The notes under the pieces are model-generated. The model saw only the letters and a list, made by a program, of their open reading frames with translations. It did no database searches and had not been told where the DNA came from. DNA of 30,596 nucleotides from a virus (lineage: Duplodnaviria > Heunggongvirae > Uroviricota > Caudoviricetes). The position numbers and the translations under genes are program-made. The first letter of the stretch is position 1. The number at the start of each line of letters is the position of its first letter. Below are positions 15,507-25,362 of this stretch, piece by piece. The stretch lies in the IMG/VR virus record IMGVR_UViG_3300031088_000799. The stretch is one strand, 5' to 3'.

Positions 15507-15859
15507 TTAAGCATGTCGATTAAAATAGAAATGCCAATATTCTAAATATTTAGCGGTTAAAATATTGAAAGGTGTTAAATAATCTAATACTTGTTCAACG
15601 TCTTTTTTACTTCCATCGCCATCATGAATAGTCCAATCAGGCAGAACAATATTTAGATCGCAAATATCCTGAGTAAATGTTCTTGCAAATACTCGTTCTG
15701 GTTTTGATTTCAGATATTCCTCAGTTAATAAGTCTTGCCCATTGATATGAGCTAAAATGGAATATAAGTCATTAGCATTATCAGGTAATGGATTACCCTT
15801 ATAGATAAATGTTCCGTATCATCTTTAAACCGTGCTAAAATTGTGGCCATTCCACCCAT
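15507..15859 (-). pseudogene. Frameshifted, probably internally deleted paralog of the 27000-27836 ORF
   Basis: Starts MGGMATILARFKDD (compare MGGLVQLVVRSKEG), then continues in another frame for about 100 codons to ...SKKDVEQVLDYLTPFNILTAKYLEYWHFYFNRHA* (compare SKSNIKEAKEMMLQLGFKLTECDSERWDSFAKR). Confidence 0.6.
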
Positions 15860-15907
15860 AATCTAATACCTTTATGAGTCAAATATTGATATTAAATTCT
15901 CGAAAGA

Positions 15908-16693
15908 CTAAATAAAAAACATACGAGTTAATTCAACTTTTTTAGTAAGATCTGATAAAGGAATAGATTGAATACTCTCTTTAATAGAAACATCAGTAAT
16001 GGTATTTGTTAGTTGCTCATCAATATAAGCGTTAACTAACATATCGACATCGGTATCAGGATTAAACAACGTATTGATTTCAAAAAAGTCTTCAAAATAA
16101 AAAGATTGCTGAGTTACCTTGTAAATGGTTTGCTCATAAATATTAAAAGCAAACAATTGAGGCTCTGGACAATCTTCAAAAAAATGAATCATAGGAACAG
16201 CAAAGAATTTACCAGTGCGACTTAACTTGAAATGGTTATAAATACAAAATCTATAAAATATTTTAGTGTTTTTACAAGCAAAATTTGAAAGATAACTGTG
16301 CTCAGTCATAAATGGAAGTCGCACAACATCAGCTTTTTTATAAAAACGTAAAATATTTCTTGTTTGAAGATTGTTAATTAATCGGAATGTTTGATTGAAG
16401 TTCACATTGGAATTAAAGTTATCTAGAAATGTTTGAATAATATTTAAGTTTTGTTCTTTAATTTTGCTAATAGAAAAAAAGTTCTTGATAGGCTGAGCAT
16501 ATTCATGATTGAAATAGATATCATGAACAGAATAGTCTTTCACAGCGAAATCGATAAATTGACGAAGACTAATAGTAGATGACTGCACAAGCATCTTACC
16601 AATAGATGGACTAGACGATATTTCCACATTTATCTTTGGATATGTTTGAGCAAAAAGGTCAATCAATATTTTTTCAACGTTTTCAATATCCAT
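15908..16693 (-). CDS. Hypothetical protein, paralog family B (copy 2)
   Basis: Start refined to MDIENVEK (GGAG RBS); C-terminal LTRMFFI. Confidence 0.85.
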   Translation of the reverse strand: MDIENVEKILIDLFAQTYPKINVEISSSPSIGKMLVQSSTISLRQFIDFAVKDYSVHDIYFNHEYAQPIKNFFSISKIKEQNLNIIQTFLDNFNSNVNFNQTFRLINNLQTRNILRFYKKADVVRLPFMTEHSYLSNFACKNTKIFYRFCIYNHFKLSRTGKFFAVPMIHFFEDCPEPQLFAFNIYEQTIYKVTQQSFYFEDFFEINTLFNPDTDVDMLVNAYIDEQLTNTITDVSIKESIQSIPLSDLTKKVELTRMFFI

Positions 16694-16807
16694 AATAGAC
16701 TCCAAAATTTTGATAAGTATAACATAAAATAGAAAATACATCAATTTAAAATGCTTTGACAGAGCCTCACATTTTGTGATAATATTAACGATAAATTGGA
16801 GAAAATT

Positions 16808-17545
16808 ATGGCTAAAATTACAACTGAAGATTGTAAAAATTTTATTAAAAATCATTTTGGACTAACATCAACGGTCAGCATTAAAAGAGATCGAAAATAT
16901 AAAGATGCAAATGGTGACTATATTCGTGAATTCAAGTTTAACACATTAGATAGCTGTCTGATTAAAGAAGATAAATCAGGACAACTCTCTATTCTTGATG
17001 CTGCAGATGCTGTTGCACGACCAAAAGCAGAACCAAAAGAATTTAACGCCAAGTCATTCTTGAAGAAACATCTCAAGCAATTGGAAAATAGAGATTATGA
17101 CGATGACGATGATTCACCATTAGATGTCTTTATTAAAGAAACAAAAAATCTATCTGACGAAAATAAAGTTAAAGTTGCAAATGAGTTTTCCTTCTTCTTC
17201 CCTGATGAGACATATAATAATGAAACAAGGTATATTAAAGATGGTTTAAATACACCAATGATAAATGATAATGAATATGATCGTAATGCATCATTTAATC
17301 TATGGTTCTATGACAGCTTGAACTCTGAGCCTGACTACTATGTAAGTGATATTTTACGTGGGATATTGCCAGAATACATGGATAAAGTAGACGAATATCA
17401 TTTTGAACTTGATACAACACCATTTACAAAGAGTCTTACAATTGGCGATGTCATTGTATTGCTTGAACATCTAGGATTCAGATACAAAAATGATCCTGAA
17501 TGGGGCGATCAACAATGCATGTTGGTAAAATTGAAAATAAAATAA
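16808..17545 (+). CDS. Hypothetical protein sharing its domain with 23840-25297
   Basis: Start refined to MAKITTEDCK (GGAG RBS); N-terminal TEDCK...KR..KYKD.NG...R.F motif. Confidence 0.85.
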   Translation: MAKITTEDCKNFIKNHFGLTSTVSIKRDRKYKDANGDYIREFKFNTLDSCLIKEDKSGQLSILDAADAVARPKAEPKEFNAKSFLKKHLKQLENRDYDDDDDSPLDVFIKETKNLSDENKVKVANEFSFFFPDETYNNETRYIKDGLNTPMINDNEYDRNASFNLWFYDSLNSEPDYYVSDILRGILPEYMDKVDEYHFELDTTPFTKSLTIGDVIVLLEHLGFRYKNDPEWGDQQCMLVKLKIK

Positions 17546-17554
17546 CATTATAGT

Positions 17555-17580
17555 AAAAAAGCCAGAACAATCTGGCTTTT
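17555..17580. terminator. Bidirectional terminator
   Basis: AAAAAAGCCAGA-ACAA-TCTGGCTTTT between convergent genes. Confidence 0.75.
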
Positions 17581-18229
17581 AATAAACAATATTAGCAACA
17601 AAAACATGAATAATATCAGTTGAATTTTCTTCAAAAACCATATTTAACACTTTTGGCCCCGGAGATTTAATGGTTTGTGTTAATACCATGTCTTTTGAAA
17701 ACTCCGTCGCATCAACTTTTTTACCATCTTTTCCTACTTTTTCTTTGTTAAGTGTTTTAAGATTACTGCTGGAATATAATAGGAATTTATTTTTATCAAC
17801 ATATAAAGCCCCAATCGTATTTTGAGAAACAAGTTTAGTCTCTTTATCTTCATATAAGGTATAGGCTTGATTACTGGTAACAGCCATGCTACCACTGTTC
17901 AGTAATACATCAGCATAAACAAAAGGTTGTCCAAACTTATTAACTTTACCATATCGCCCTAAAACAGTCTTAATATCTGTGCCTGCTTCTAATAAAATAT
18001 TAGAAGTTCTAATAGCTTCACTGTTAACAACATAATTGGATTCTTTCATTGTCTTTTTAGTGGATACCTTGTAGTTCATTTGAACCACTTCTTTCAAAGC
18101 AGCCTTACTGGTTTCTATCTGGTATTCAGTAATAACAACGGTAGGGACTGAACCACCCACTTCAAGTTCACCTGCAAAAGAATGAATAGGCAGCATTAAC
18201 ATAAACAATGTTGCAAATTTTTTAATCAT
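17579..18229 (-). CDS. Exported hypothetical protein
   Basis: Sec-type signal peptide MIKKFATLFMLMLPIHSFA. Confidence 0.8.
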   Translation of the reverse strand: MIKKFATLFMLMLPIHSFAGELEVGGSVPTVVITEYQIETSKAALKEVVQMNYKVSTKKTMKESNYVVNSEAIRTSNILLEAGTDIKTVLGRYGKVNKFGQPFVYADVLLNSGSMAVTSNQAYTLYEDKETKLVSQNTIGALYVDKNKFLLYSSSNLKTLNKEKVGKDGKKVDATEFSKDMVLTQTIKSPGPKVLNMVFEENSTDIIHVFVANIVY

Positions 18230-18305
18230 AGGAATAGGGCCTCATTTCTCTAATTAAAAAAAAAGACCTACAAAAGTAAGTCTTCTTTTTGTATCTTCTT
18301 ATAGT

Positions 18306-19118
18306 TTAACGACGTTTTTTGAAAATGCTACCACCACGTTTAAAAACACTTGTTTTAGTGGTCGGTTTAGTTGCTTGATAAGTTGTGGTGTTAGCTTTTG
18401 GTTTAGTCACAATCTGAGTGCGATAAGCCTCTTTTGACAATGGAGCACCTGTTACAGCATTAGGTTTTACAGGAGTCAATTTATTTGTAGTGGTATTAGT
18501 CACAGGAGTCGTTGGGCGGTTTGCTGTATTGACTGATGGTGACAACGCATTACGATTAGAATTGAATCCATTATTGGGTGCAAATTTTGAACGATAATTT
18601 GTCACTGCAGAATGTTTTTGTGCTTGATAAGCTTGGTAGGTACCACGCTGAGTTCCCATAGGTTTGTATTGATTAGTCAATGCAGACATATTACCTTTGT
18701 TGCTACTAAACGCATTAAACAGAGCATTAGCCGTCAAACCACCAGCCATAGCCCACATAAATGTGCTTAGACCACTGCCACTGGTTGCGGTTTCAACAGC
18801 TTTATCAGCAGCATCTGCAACAGAACCTGCTTCTTCTTTGACAAGGTTAAGAATCTTTTGGCCAGATTCATCAACACTGTAATAAGCATCAATGATAGAA
18901 GGATCTTGAGCTTTCATTTTAGCCACAATATCTTTCAGCTCTTTATCTTCTGCGGTTTCATAGCTTGCTTGATAAGTTTGGCTGTTGGGAGCAGTAGTTG
19001 TAACAGTTTGAGTTGAGTTGGAAACACCACGTTCAGTAGGTGTCTGATATTCTTTTTGTTCGCAGCCAGTCATGAGAATAGCAGAGAAAATCATAGCATA
19101 AGAAATTGTTTTCTTCAT
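18306..19118 (-). CDS. Lipoprotein with a low-complexity basic Thr/Pro-rich C-terminus
   Basis: Lipobox LMTGC; central hydrophobic Gly/Ala segment WAMAGGLTANALF. Confidence 0.8.
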   Translation of the reverse strand: MKKTISYAMIFSAILMTGCEQKEYQTPTERGVSNSTQTVTTTAPNSQTYQASYETAEDKELKDIVAKMKAQDPSIIDAYYSVDESGQKILNLVKEEAGSVADAADKAVETATSGSGLSTFMWAMAGGLTANALFNAFSSNKGNMSALTNQYKPMGTQRGTYQAYQAQKHSAVTNYRSKFAPNNGFNSNRNALSPSVNTANRPTTPVTNTTTNKLTPVKPNAVTGAPLSKEAYRTQIVTKPKANTTTYQATKPTTKTSVFKRGGSIFKKRR

Positions 19119-19194
19119 TTCAGGTAAAACTCCATTAGTAAGTTATTAGTTAATTATATCAAACACAATCATACATTTAAAGCCTATTGAAACA

Positions 19195-19293
19195 TTATGA
19201 AACAATAGTAAATCCAACCATAGAAACGAGACTGATAAAAGCAAGAACCAGCATTACAGTTTTTGGTTTTTGAGTAACTTTACTTACGCTCAT
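19195..19293 (-). CDS. 32-aa single-pass membrane microprotein MSVSKVTQKPKTVMLVLAFISLVSMVGFTIVS
   Basis: AGGGGG RBS, basic N-terminus and about 20-residue hydrophobic helix; not in the ORF track. Confidence 0.55.
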   Translation of the reverse strand: MSVSKVTQKPKTVMLVLAFISLVSMVGFTIVS

Positions 19294-19354
19294 AATATGT
19301 GCCCCCTAATTAAGAGATACTATAATATCATAAAAATAATTAAGAAACAACTGG

Positions 19355-19897
19355 TTAGATGCTTAAAGCCGAAAAAATCAACAAGTTTTCATCAGTGAGA
19401 TCGTCAATAGAATTAATAGACATCCCAAACTCTTGTAATTCATGATTAAGTAAAGGGAATAGAAGCCTATCAAGTAAATCTTCATAACAATAATATTTTT
19501 CTTCTTTAAAACCATTGAATGAACCATAACCTACAATATGGTCAATAGTAGATGTATCAGCATTGATTTTAAATCTTATACTTAGATAAAAACCATAATC
19601 CAATTCAAGAACGCTTAAATAATCATCATACGTTTTTAATGTCATGCGATATCCTTTAATAAAACAGAAAGCTATCAACGAACGCCAGAAGGCATACTCA
19701 CTGTTAGTCATCGAATGAATTGAAAATAATGCAGGACATAATTTAGTAAATATAGAAGAACGAAAGTTAAAAAAATCATTAAGCAGGATAATGTCGGCAT
19801 AATAGTCAGCATCATAATCAATAACTTCAATATCAGTATGTTCAGATGTATACTGTTTAACAATTTTTGATATTATTGATTTTTCTAATATATTCAA
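19355..19897 (-). CDS. Hypothetical protein
   Basis: 180-aa ORF, TTG start; C-terminus DDLTDENLLIFSALSI resembles the shared terminal motif. Confidence 0.75.
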   Translation of the reverse strand: MNILEKSIISKIVKQYTSEHTDIEVIDYDADYYADIILLNDFFNFRSSIFTKLCPALFSIHSMTNSEYAFWRSLIAFCFIKGYRMTLKTYDDYLSVLELDYGFYLSIRFKINADTSTIDHIVGYGSFNGFKEEKYYCYEDLLDRLLFPLLNHELQEFGMSINSIDDLTDENLLIFSALSI

Positions 19898-19920
19898 CCC
19901 TAAATCCTTATGACATTTGT

Positions 19921-20847
19921 TTAAAAAGAAGATTGAGATTCATAATTGAATGGGTAATTCATGCCATTCACAAAACTACTGATAGTATCTTCAAAGTCCT
20001 TTGAAAAAATAAAGGTAAGATACTTACCCAGAACTGTTGATTTTGTTTTAGTTTGAACGGTATTATGAATACGACCAAATGTATACATGTAAGGACTAAT
20101 ACTGACTGAAAAATCATCAAATTTGACTCGGTTTACACTGATATCAAACGTGAACGTGAAATTGGTGTTAACAAAATGAACAGAAATGTCCGATGTATCG
20201 GATTTTAAATCAGGAACACTCAAAGACACCTTAAATCCATTATCTTTAAAATAATGCTGAATATTTCGAAGCGTATTGTAGACAACAGACTGTCTAGCCA
20301 TTTCAAACAATTCAGTCAGGTATTCCGTTCCACGGCTGGATTCAACAGCATTGAGAGCATCAATTTTAGCTTGACGTGACATAGTAAGATCATTAAAAGG
20401 ATAGTTACATGCTTCTACGAGGTCTTTAACCATATCAAAAAAAGAAGCTGATGCTAGTTCACTTTGAAAGTTTATCACATGAGCACTTAATTGATAAGGT
20501 GAGTAGGCACTCCACTCAATTTTTTCAAGAGTATACATAACAGAGCTAGTGCGTTCTGGATTCCACTCTCCTTCGGTTTCACGTTTAATACGAAGTGAAC
20601 GATAATGTTCTTTCTTTTTTTCGTTCATAACGATTTCAATGTGTGGATTACCAAAACTGGATTCTTCCCATGATGCTCTCACATCAAAACCAAGATTTAA
20701 TAAGTGATTTTCAATGGTATACAGAGCTTTGGTAACAGCTAGATTACGAGCACTAAAAAACAAACGATTAACAATATCTGACTGCTGCTCAATAGCAACA
20801 GCTAACTCTTTCTTTTGATGAAAGGTTTTAGTATAGTTATGTTTCAT
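19921..20847 (-). CDS. Hypothetical protein with internal tandem duplication
   Basis: Two halves: AR..V...L..I...L...GF.V..S and NYPFN each occur twice. Confidence 0.8.
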   Translation of the reverse strand: MKHNYTKTFHQKKELAVAIEQQSDIVNRLFFSARNLAVTKALYTIENHLLNLGFDVRASWEESSFGNPHIEIVMNEKKKEHYRSLRIKRETEGEWNPERTSSVMYTLEKIEWSAYSPYQLSAHVINFQSELASASFFDMVKDLVEACNYPFNDLTMSRQAKIDALNAVESSRGTEYLTELFEMARQSVVYNTLRNIQHYFKDNGFKVSLSVPDLKSDTSDISVHFVNTNFTFTFDISVNRVKFDDFSVSISPYMYTFGRIHNTVQTKTKSTVLGKYLTFIFSKDFEDTISSFVNGMNYPFNYESQSSF

Positions 20848-20858
20848 AAGTAATCCTC

Positions 20859-21350
20859 TTAAAATGGGCTAAGATCTGATATATCATTAACAAGCTTATG
20901 TTTATAATAAGCAATGTCTTTAATGTTAAATTGCCCAGTAAACTCATCATCAATGTTAAAGAAAATATTGCCATGTTCAGATGCTTGTGGTGACCACTTT
21001 GCATTTTCAAGACCTGTTTCAAAAAGCCAATCAAAGTTGTAACGAGGGATTGGAATTTTAAGTTTACTGTTATTGAGAACAACAATAAAATTTCGACTAA
21101 GATCTAAATGAGCTTTGATTGCAGCCTTATCTAGATAAACAGTCTTAAAATCGCCAAGACTGAAAGCATCAGAACGAATTTCAATCTTGTCAGATTTTAC
21201 ATGATTAATAACGCGGAAACCAGTAAACTGAGAATCAAATAACCGTTTAAAGATAAAGTTTCTAGGAGTCGCCAATAGATTAACGCTAAACGCCCTATAA
21301 GCATTCGGTGAATACTGAAACTCTGAAGTAAATAAAAGATCTCGTTTCAT
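20859..21350 (-). CDS. Hypothetical protein
   Basis: 163-aa ORF, AAGGAG RBS, 4-nt overlap with the upstream gene. Confidence 0.8.
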   Translation of the reverse strand: MKRDLLFTSEFQYSPNAYRAFSVNLLATPRNFIFKRLFDSQFTGFRVINHVKSDKIEIRSDAFSLGDFKTVYLDKAAIKAHLDLSRNFIVVLNNSKLKIPIPRYNFDWLFETGLENAKWSPQASEHGNIFFNIDDEFTGQFNIKDIAYYKHKLVNDISDLSPF

Positions 21351-21814
21351 TTCTTACTCCTTAAAAGGTTAAAGCGAGTAATAAACTGGTCAACGACTGT
21401 TGATTTCAATCCATTCTCACAGAAAAATAATTCTGGTGTATTATACCAAATGTCGGCATTATCGTCAATGGCCATCCACAAACCGTTATAATTTTGAGTG
21501 GTTAACCATTCCTGAGCCTCACGCAAACGGCTACCATCACTATTTTCATAATGATTAGGAGTGATACCCACAATCAATGATTGAATGTTTTTAGAGAATG
21601 GTGCTTTAAGTTGATTAAATGTCTTATTGTCTCGCCAAGTGCTAGAAATCACAATTTTAAAGTCAACAGTGTCTGAAAACGTATTGATAAATCGTTCAAA
21701 TTGTGGGACAAAATAAAAAAACTGGTTTTCTTCATCATTACTGTTTTCTTCCGGCCAAAAAAAATGAAGAACTCCATCAAAATCTAAAAATAAGACACAC
21801 TCTTGTTTAATCAT
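21347..21814 (-). CDS. HAD-superfamily phosphatase, HAD_SAK_2 (RNA-repair-associated) type
   Basis: VLFLDFDGVLH, IVISSTWR, WMAIDD. Confidence 0.8.
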   Translation of the reverse strand: MIKQECVLFLDFDGVLHFFWPEENSNDEENQFFYFVPQFERFINTFSDTVDFKIVISSTWRDNKTFNQLKAPFSKNIQSLIVGITPNHYENSDGSRLREAQEWLTTQNYNGLWMAIDDNADIWYNTPELFFCENGLKSTVVDQFITRFNLLRSKK

Positions 21815-21873
21815 AAGCAGACACTCCTAAGTGATTAGGAGTATATCAAAGTTAAAGAAAATGTTCAAGAAAT

Positions 21874-21894
21874 AAAAAACCGCCTAAGCGGTTT
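21874..21894 (-). terminator. Intrinsic terminator
   Basis: AAACCGC-TTAG-GCGGTTTTTT on the minus strand. Confidence 0.7.
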
Positions 21895-21903
21895 ATGAAG
21901 AGT

Positions 21904-22563
21904 TTAAAGAGGTCTTTGGACTGTTGATTTGTAACGAGATACATAGACACAATCCATAGACTCTTTGCATGTATTAAACGCTACTGGTGTATTAATTTCT
22001 TTTTCATTTGCAAAATAATGATAAGCTTCACCATTTTTCATTTTAATGGGAGTTAATTCAAGACGAAGACTTGTTGAAGGTTTGATATTATGCATTTTAT
22101 TTAAATCAAAAATAACATGACTCAACGTAGCATGAGCATTGAAACTAAAATAATCTTCATGAGCTATTTTTCTAATCAAATAAACATTATCAACCTTATT
22201 CTGATCGAAATTAATACGATACTGAATGGTGATAGCAGCGTCTGGATCTCTAGCGTATTCTACATAGTAGTGATCAGTAACCCTATAAGTATCAGATAGA
22301 GTTGATTGATCAATGAGTGCAACAGAGTGGACTAAATTACTCACATGACCCGTTGGGTCTAATCGCATAAACTCTTTATGATTATTTGAAAGCATTCTGT
22401 CATCAATCATTTTAAAGAGGTCTTCGGTTGCAGCAATGTCATCTTTAATGAAAGTTTCTGGTTTGATAAATTGTGTAAATGCAACATAAATAGCCACAAT
22501 AGCAATAAAAACAAAGATACCTGAAAGCACTTTTATATTAGAATTTGATTTATTTTTAGTCAT
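21904..22563 (-). CDS. Membrane-anchored hypothetical protein
   Basis: N-terminal hydrophobic helix VLSGIFVFIAIVAIYVAF; AAGGAG RBS. Confidence 0.8.
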   Translation of the reverse strand: MTKNKSNSNIKVLSGIFVFIAIVAIYVAFTQFIKPETFIKDDIAATEDLFKMIDDRMLSNNHKEFMRLDPTGHVSNLVHSVALIDQSTLSDTYRVTDHYYVEYARDPDAAITIQYRINFDQNKVDNVYLIRKIAHEDYFSFNAHATLSHVIFDLNKMHNIKPSTSLRLELTPIKMKNGEAYHYFANEKEINTPVAFNTCKESMDCVYVSRYKSTVQRPL

Positions 22564-22630
22564 GAATGATAACTCCTTATTTTAATAAATTATATAATAA
22601 AAAAACAACAAAATCAACATAACTTATTTT

Positions 22631-23329
22631 TTAAATAGAAAGCATTTCTATTATTAAAATATCTTCTTGAATTAAATCGACTAATTTACAATTTTTAGTT
22701 TCTAAATATTGTTTAAAGATTTTCAAATTTAATTTCTTTTTGTTGATTTCAACAACTCCACGAACTTCATCAATATGTAAAAAACTAGATGATAAGCTTA
22801 CAATTTTATTATCTGTTTTATAAACTTTTAACTTTTTAGATTGTTCAACCGTTAAATAGTTAATAATCCAATGGTTACATGTATGTTTTTCTTTAAACTC
22901 TACAAATGACCATTTAACAAAATAAAATACAAAAGCAGAAAAAGCAAACAAATGTAAAAAGTAAAAATAAGGAATGCTGTTGATATTGTAAGCAATAGTT
23001 TCTTCGTCATTGGTTGCGTGATTGAGCAAAAACATCATTAAAACAACTAATTTTGTTATCACACTCAAAAACATCAATGTAAGCAAAATTCTATTTCTTC
23101 GAATATCACTAAATCCATTAAAAGTATTGGAAAAGTAATATTTTAAGAAAATAATAAGGTTAATTGAAAGAATCCCAAAGAGGACTATTCGCAAAGTATT
23201 TTCTATATAATTATTAAAAAAGATAAAAAATACATTTGAATTATTAGAAAAACCTATATTAATAGCAAGCAAAATTAAACAACAAATAGCAATAGCAGTA
23301 TTATAGCTTTTTAAATGTTTTGCAAACAT
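22631..23329 (-). CDS. Multi-pass membrane protein with a soluble C-terminal domain
   Basis: About four hydrophobic helices; C-terminal DLIQEDILIIEMLSI. Confidence 0.8.
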   Translation of the reverse strand: MFAKHLKSYNTAIAICCLILLAINIGFSNNSNVFFIFFNNYIENTLRIVLFGILSINLIIFLKYYFSNTFNGFSDIRRNRILLTLMFLSVITKLVVLMMFLLNHATNDEETIAYNINSIPYFYFLHLFAFSAFVFYFVKWSFVEFKEKHTCNHWIINYLTVEQSKKLKVYKTDNKIVSLSSSFLHIDEVRGVVEINKKKLNLKIFKQYLETKNCKLVDLIQEDILIIEMLSI

Positions 23330-23349
23330 ACTTATCAGGTTTCCTAAAA

Positions 23350-23787
23350 TTATTGAGTAAGCAATGCATCAAGTTTTTCAGTCAAAAGACCAATTTCACG
23401 TTCTTGAAATTTATCATGGCACCAGACAAGCTGATCAACACGGTTCCATGAATAATGATCATCATCCAAAGCAAACCATGCAGAAAACATATCATTTTGA
23501 GCACGCCATTGCTGAGCTTCTTGATAACGAATACCATCACCAATTTCATTGATAACAGGAGTAACACCAGAGAGCAAGAGAGAAATATCTGGTGAAAAGA
23601 AATTTTTGATTTGAGATAGAGTGTATTGACGACGCCAAGTGCTACTAATCACCAGTTTAAAATCAACACGATCTTTGTATTGACGAAGAAGATTTTCAAA
23701 ATTAGGGAGATCAACAAATTGTAAACCATTCCCCATAAGAGGATGGAAAACACCATCAAAATCTAAAAACAAAATAACACTTTTCAT
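23350..23787 (-). CDS. HAD-superfamily phosphatase, HAD_SAK_2 type (second copy)
   Basis: ILFLDFDGVFH, LVISSTWR, WFALDD. Confidence 0.8.
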   Translation of the reverse strand: MKSVILFLDFDGVFHPLMGNGLQFVDLPNFENLLRQYKDRVDFKLVISSTWRRQYTLSQIKNFFSPDISLLLSGVTPVINEIGDGIRYQEAQQWRAQNDMFSAWFALDDDHYSWNRVDQLVWCHDKFQEREIGLLTEKLDALLTQ

Positions 23788-23839
23788 TGATTAACTCCCT
23801 AATTAATGGTGAAATTATAACACAAAGTGCCGAAAAGGA

Positions 23840-25297
23840 CTAGCCTTTTCTAAGTTTTTCAATGGCTTTGGTATAACGAATAATTGCGTCATCAATTTGA
23901 GATTTGCTAAATCCATCGCCACGCCTACCACTCTTAAATAATTGAATTTGAGATTCAAGATCTGATTGTAAAGAATCACGATAGATTCTAAAATTAGCAT
24001 CAACCATCATATCTAAAATAGGCTGTGAAACAATACCCAGACTAAATCTAGCTCCCAAATAACCAATTTCATTTATATATTTAGCATATTTATACATAGC
24101 ATCATGAAGATCTTGTTTAATATTAGGATTAATAAAAGGATTGGGATCATCCATCATCATGTGAAGGGTTAACGCTGAACGAAATTTATCATTGAGAATT
24201 TTCCCATATTTATCTAGCAAGTTTCTTTCAACAAGAACAGACATAGCCATCTGATTTTGTTGCGGGTTTGCTTTTTTGAAATCATAATTACCGTTATCAA
24301 GCAAGTATGAAAGATAATCAAAAGAATATTTAAGAACAGTTGGAGAAATAGATTCTACCCAAACCTGATTTCCATTGCTTTTAATGCCTTTTGCTAAGTT
24401 TTCTGTATATTTAACCAATACTTTAAAACAGTTAACGTGGTTATGTTGCATGCAGTAAATCAATGGGGTTACTTTTTTATATTTAAAGTCAATACTACCA
24501 CCAGCAGACAAAGCATTTTCTAGTAAAACAGCATCATCTGTTTTAATAGCTTCTTCGAAAATAGATTTGATATCAATAGTAGTAGATGGCGTAACTTCAA
24601 GTTGTTCATTAACAAAATGAAGTTTGCTAATAGTGGGTTCCAAGAAACAATGATTACCGGAATAAATAAAACCAGCACTTGCCATCATTTGAACCATTTC
24701 TTTAATAGTAATAGGTTCTTCATAACTAAATTCATAAGTGCATTCCATCGCTTCACCATCATTCTCAGGTAAGAAATCACTAATCAATCCATCCATATGC
24801 TCATTATAGTCACCTTCTTTTGGATAGATTTCTAAACAAAAATGATCTAGCTTAGAATTGTAATCACCTGTGGCATTAATATCTTGAAGAATTCGTTCAT
24901 AATCACCATCAATGATACTAAAGCGATAGATTACTTGTGAGGGAATCGCATTGAAACCTTTATTTTCTTCTGAAATTTCATCTTCTCCATAATTGTTAAC
25001 ATAACGAGATACAAGACGTTTAGCATCAGTCATGTCTTTCTTGGAAAAAGATTTTACAACAATGGTATTATCATGAATGACCAAGGGTTCTTGGCTAAGA
25101 GTTTGGACTTCTTTTAATTGAAGAGAGCCATTCACTTCAACAAGCGTTACATCACCCACTGATGGGTTGCTAAAATCACGACAGACCAGTCCATTATCAT
25201 CTTTGTATTTACTGACTCGTTTCCACTTAGTTCGAGAACTATTGGGATATACATGCATGAGATAATCTTTACAATCATCAGTTGATAAATTTGACAT
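23840..25297 (-). CDS. Hypothetical protein with ankyrin-like repeats in the C-terminal half
   Basis: Start refined to MSNLSTDDCK; EAIKTDD..LLENALSAGGSID.....VTPLIYCMQHNHVNCFKVLV is ankyrin-like. Confidence 0.75.
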   Translation of the reverse strand: MSNLSTDDCKDYLMHVYPNSSRTKWKRVSKYKDDNGLVCRDFSNPSVGDVTLVEVNGSLQLKEVQTLSQEPLVIHDNTIVVKSFSKKDMTDAKRLVSRYVNNYGEDEISEENKGFNAIPSQVIYRFSIIDGDYERILQDINATGDYNSKLDHFCLEIYPKEGDYNEHMDGLISDFLPENDGEAMECTYEFSYEEPITIKEMVQMMASAGFIYSGNHCFLEPTISKLHFVNEQLEVTPSTTIDIKSIFEEAIKTDDAVLLENALSAGGSIDFKYKKVTPLIYCMQHNHVNCFKVLVKYTENLAKGIKSNGNQVWVESISPTVLKYSFDYLSYLLDNGNYDFKKANPQQNQMAMSVLVERNLLDKYGKILNDKFRSALTLHMMMDDPNPFINPNIKQDLHDAMYKYAKYINEIGYLGARFSLGIVSQPILDMMVDANFRIYRDSLQSDLESQIQLFKSGRRGDGFSKSQIDDAIIRYTKAIEKLRKG

Positions 25298-25362
25298 ACA
25301 ATTCTCCAATTAATAGCAATGCACAATTATATCTGCTTTTATCGTTATTGGCAATCTTTTTC

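Noticed and set aside
16757-16769. TCACA-TTT-TGTGA as a CRP site
   Set aside because: Half-sites are in the wrong order and spacing for CRP (TGTGA-N6-TCACA).
15908-16855. ORF-track starts at 16855, 15477, 2281, 3285, 4307, 6230, 16796, 25309, 10385, 2015 and 29023
   Set aside because: The extensions run through promoter regions or read the TTGGAG RBS as a TTG start; downstream starts have properly spaced RBSs.
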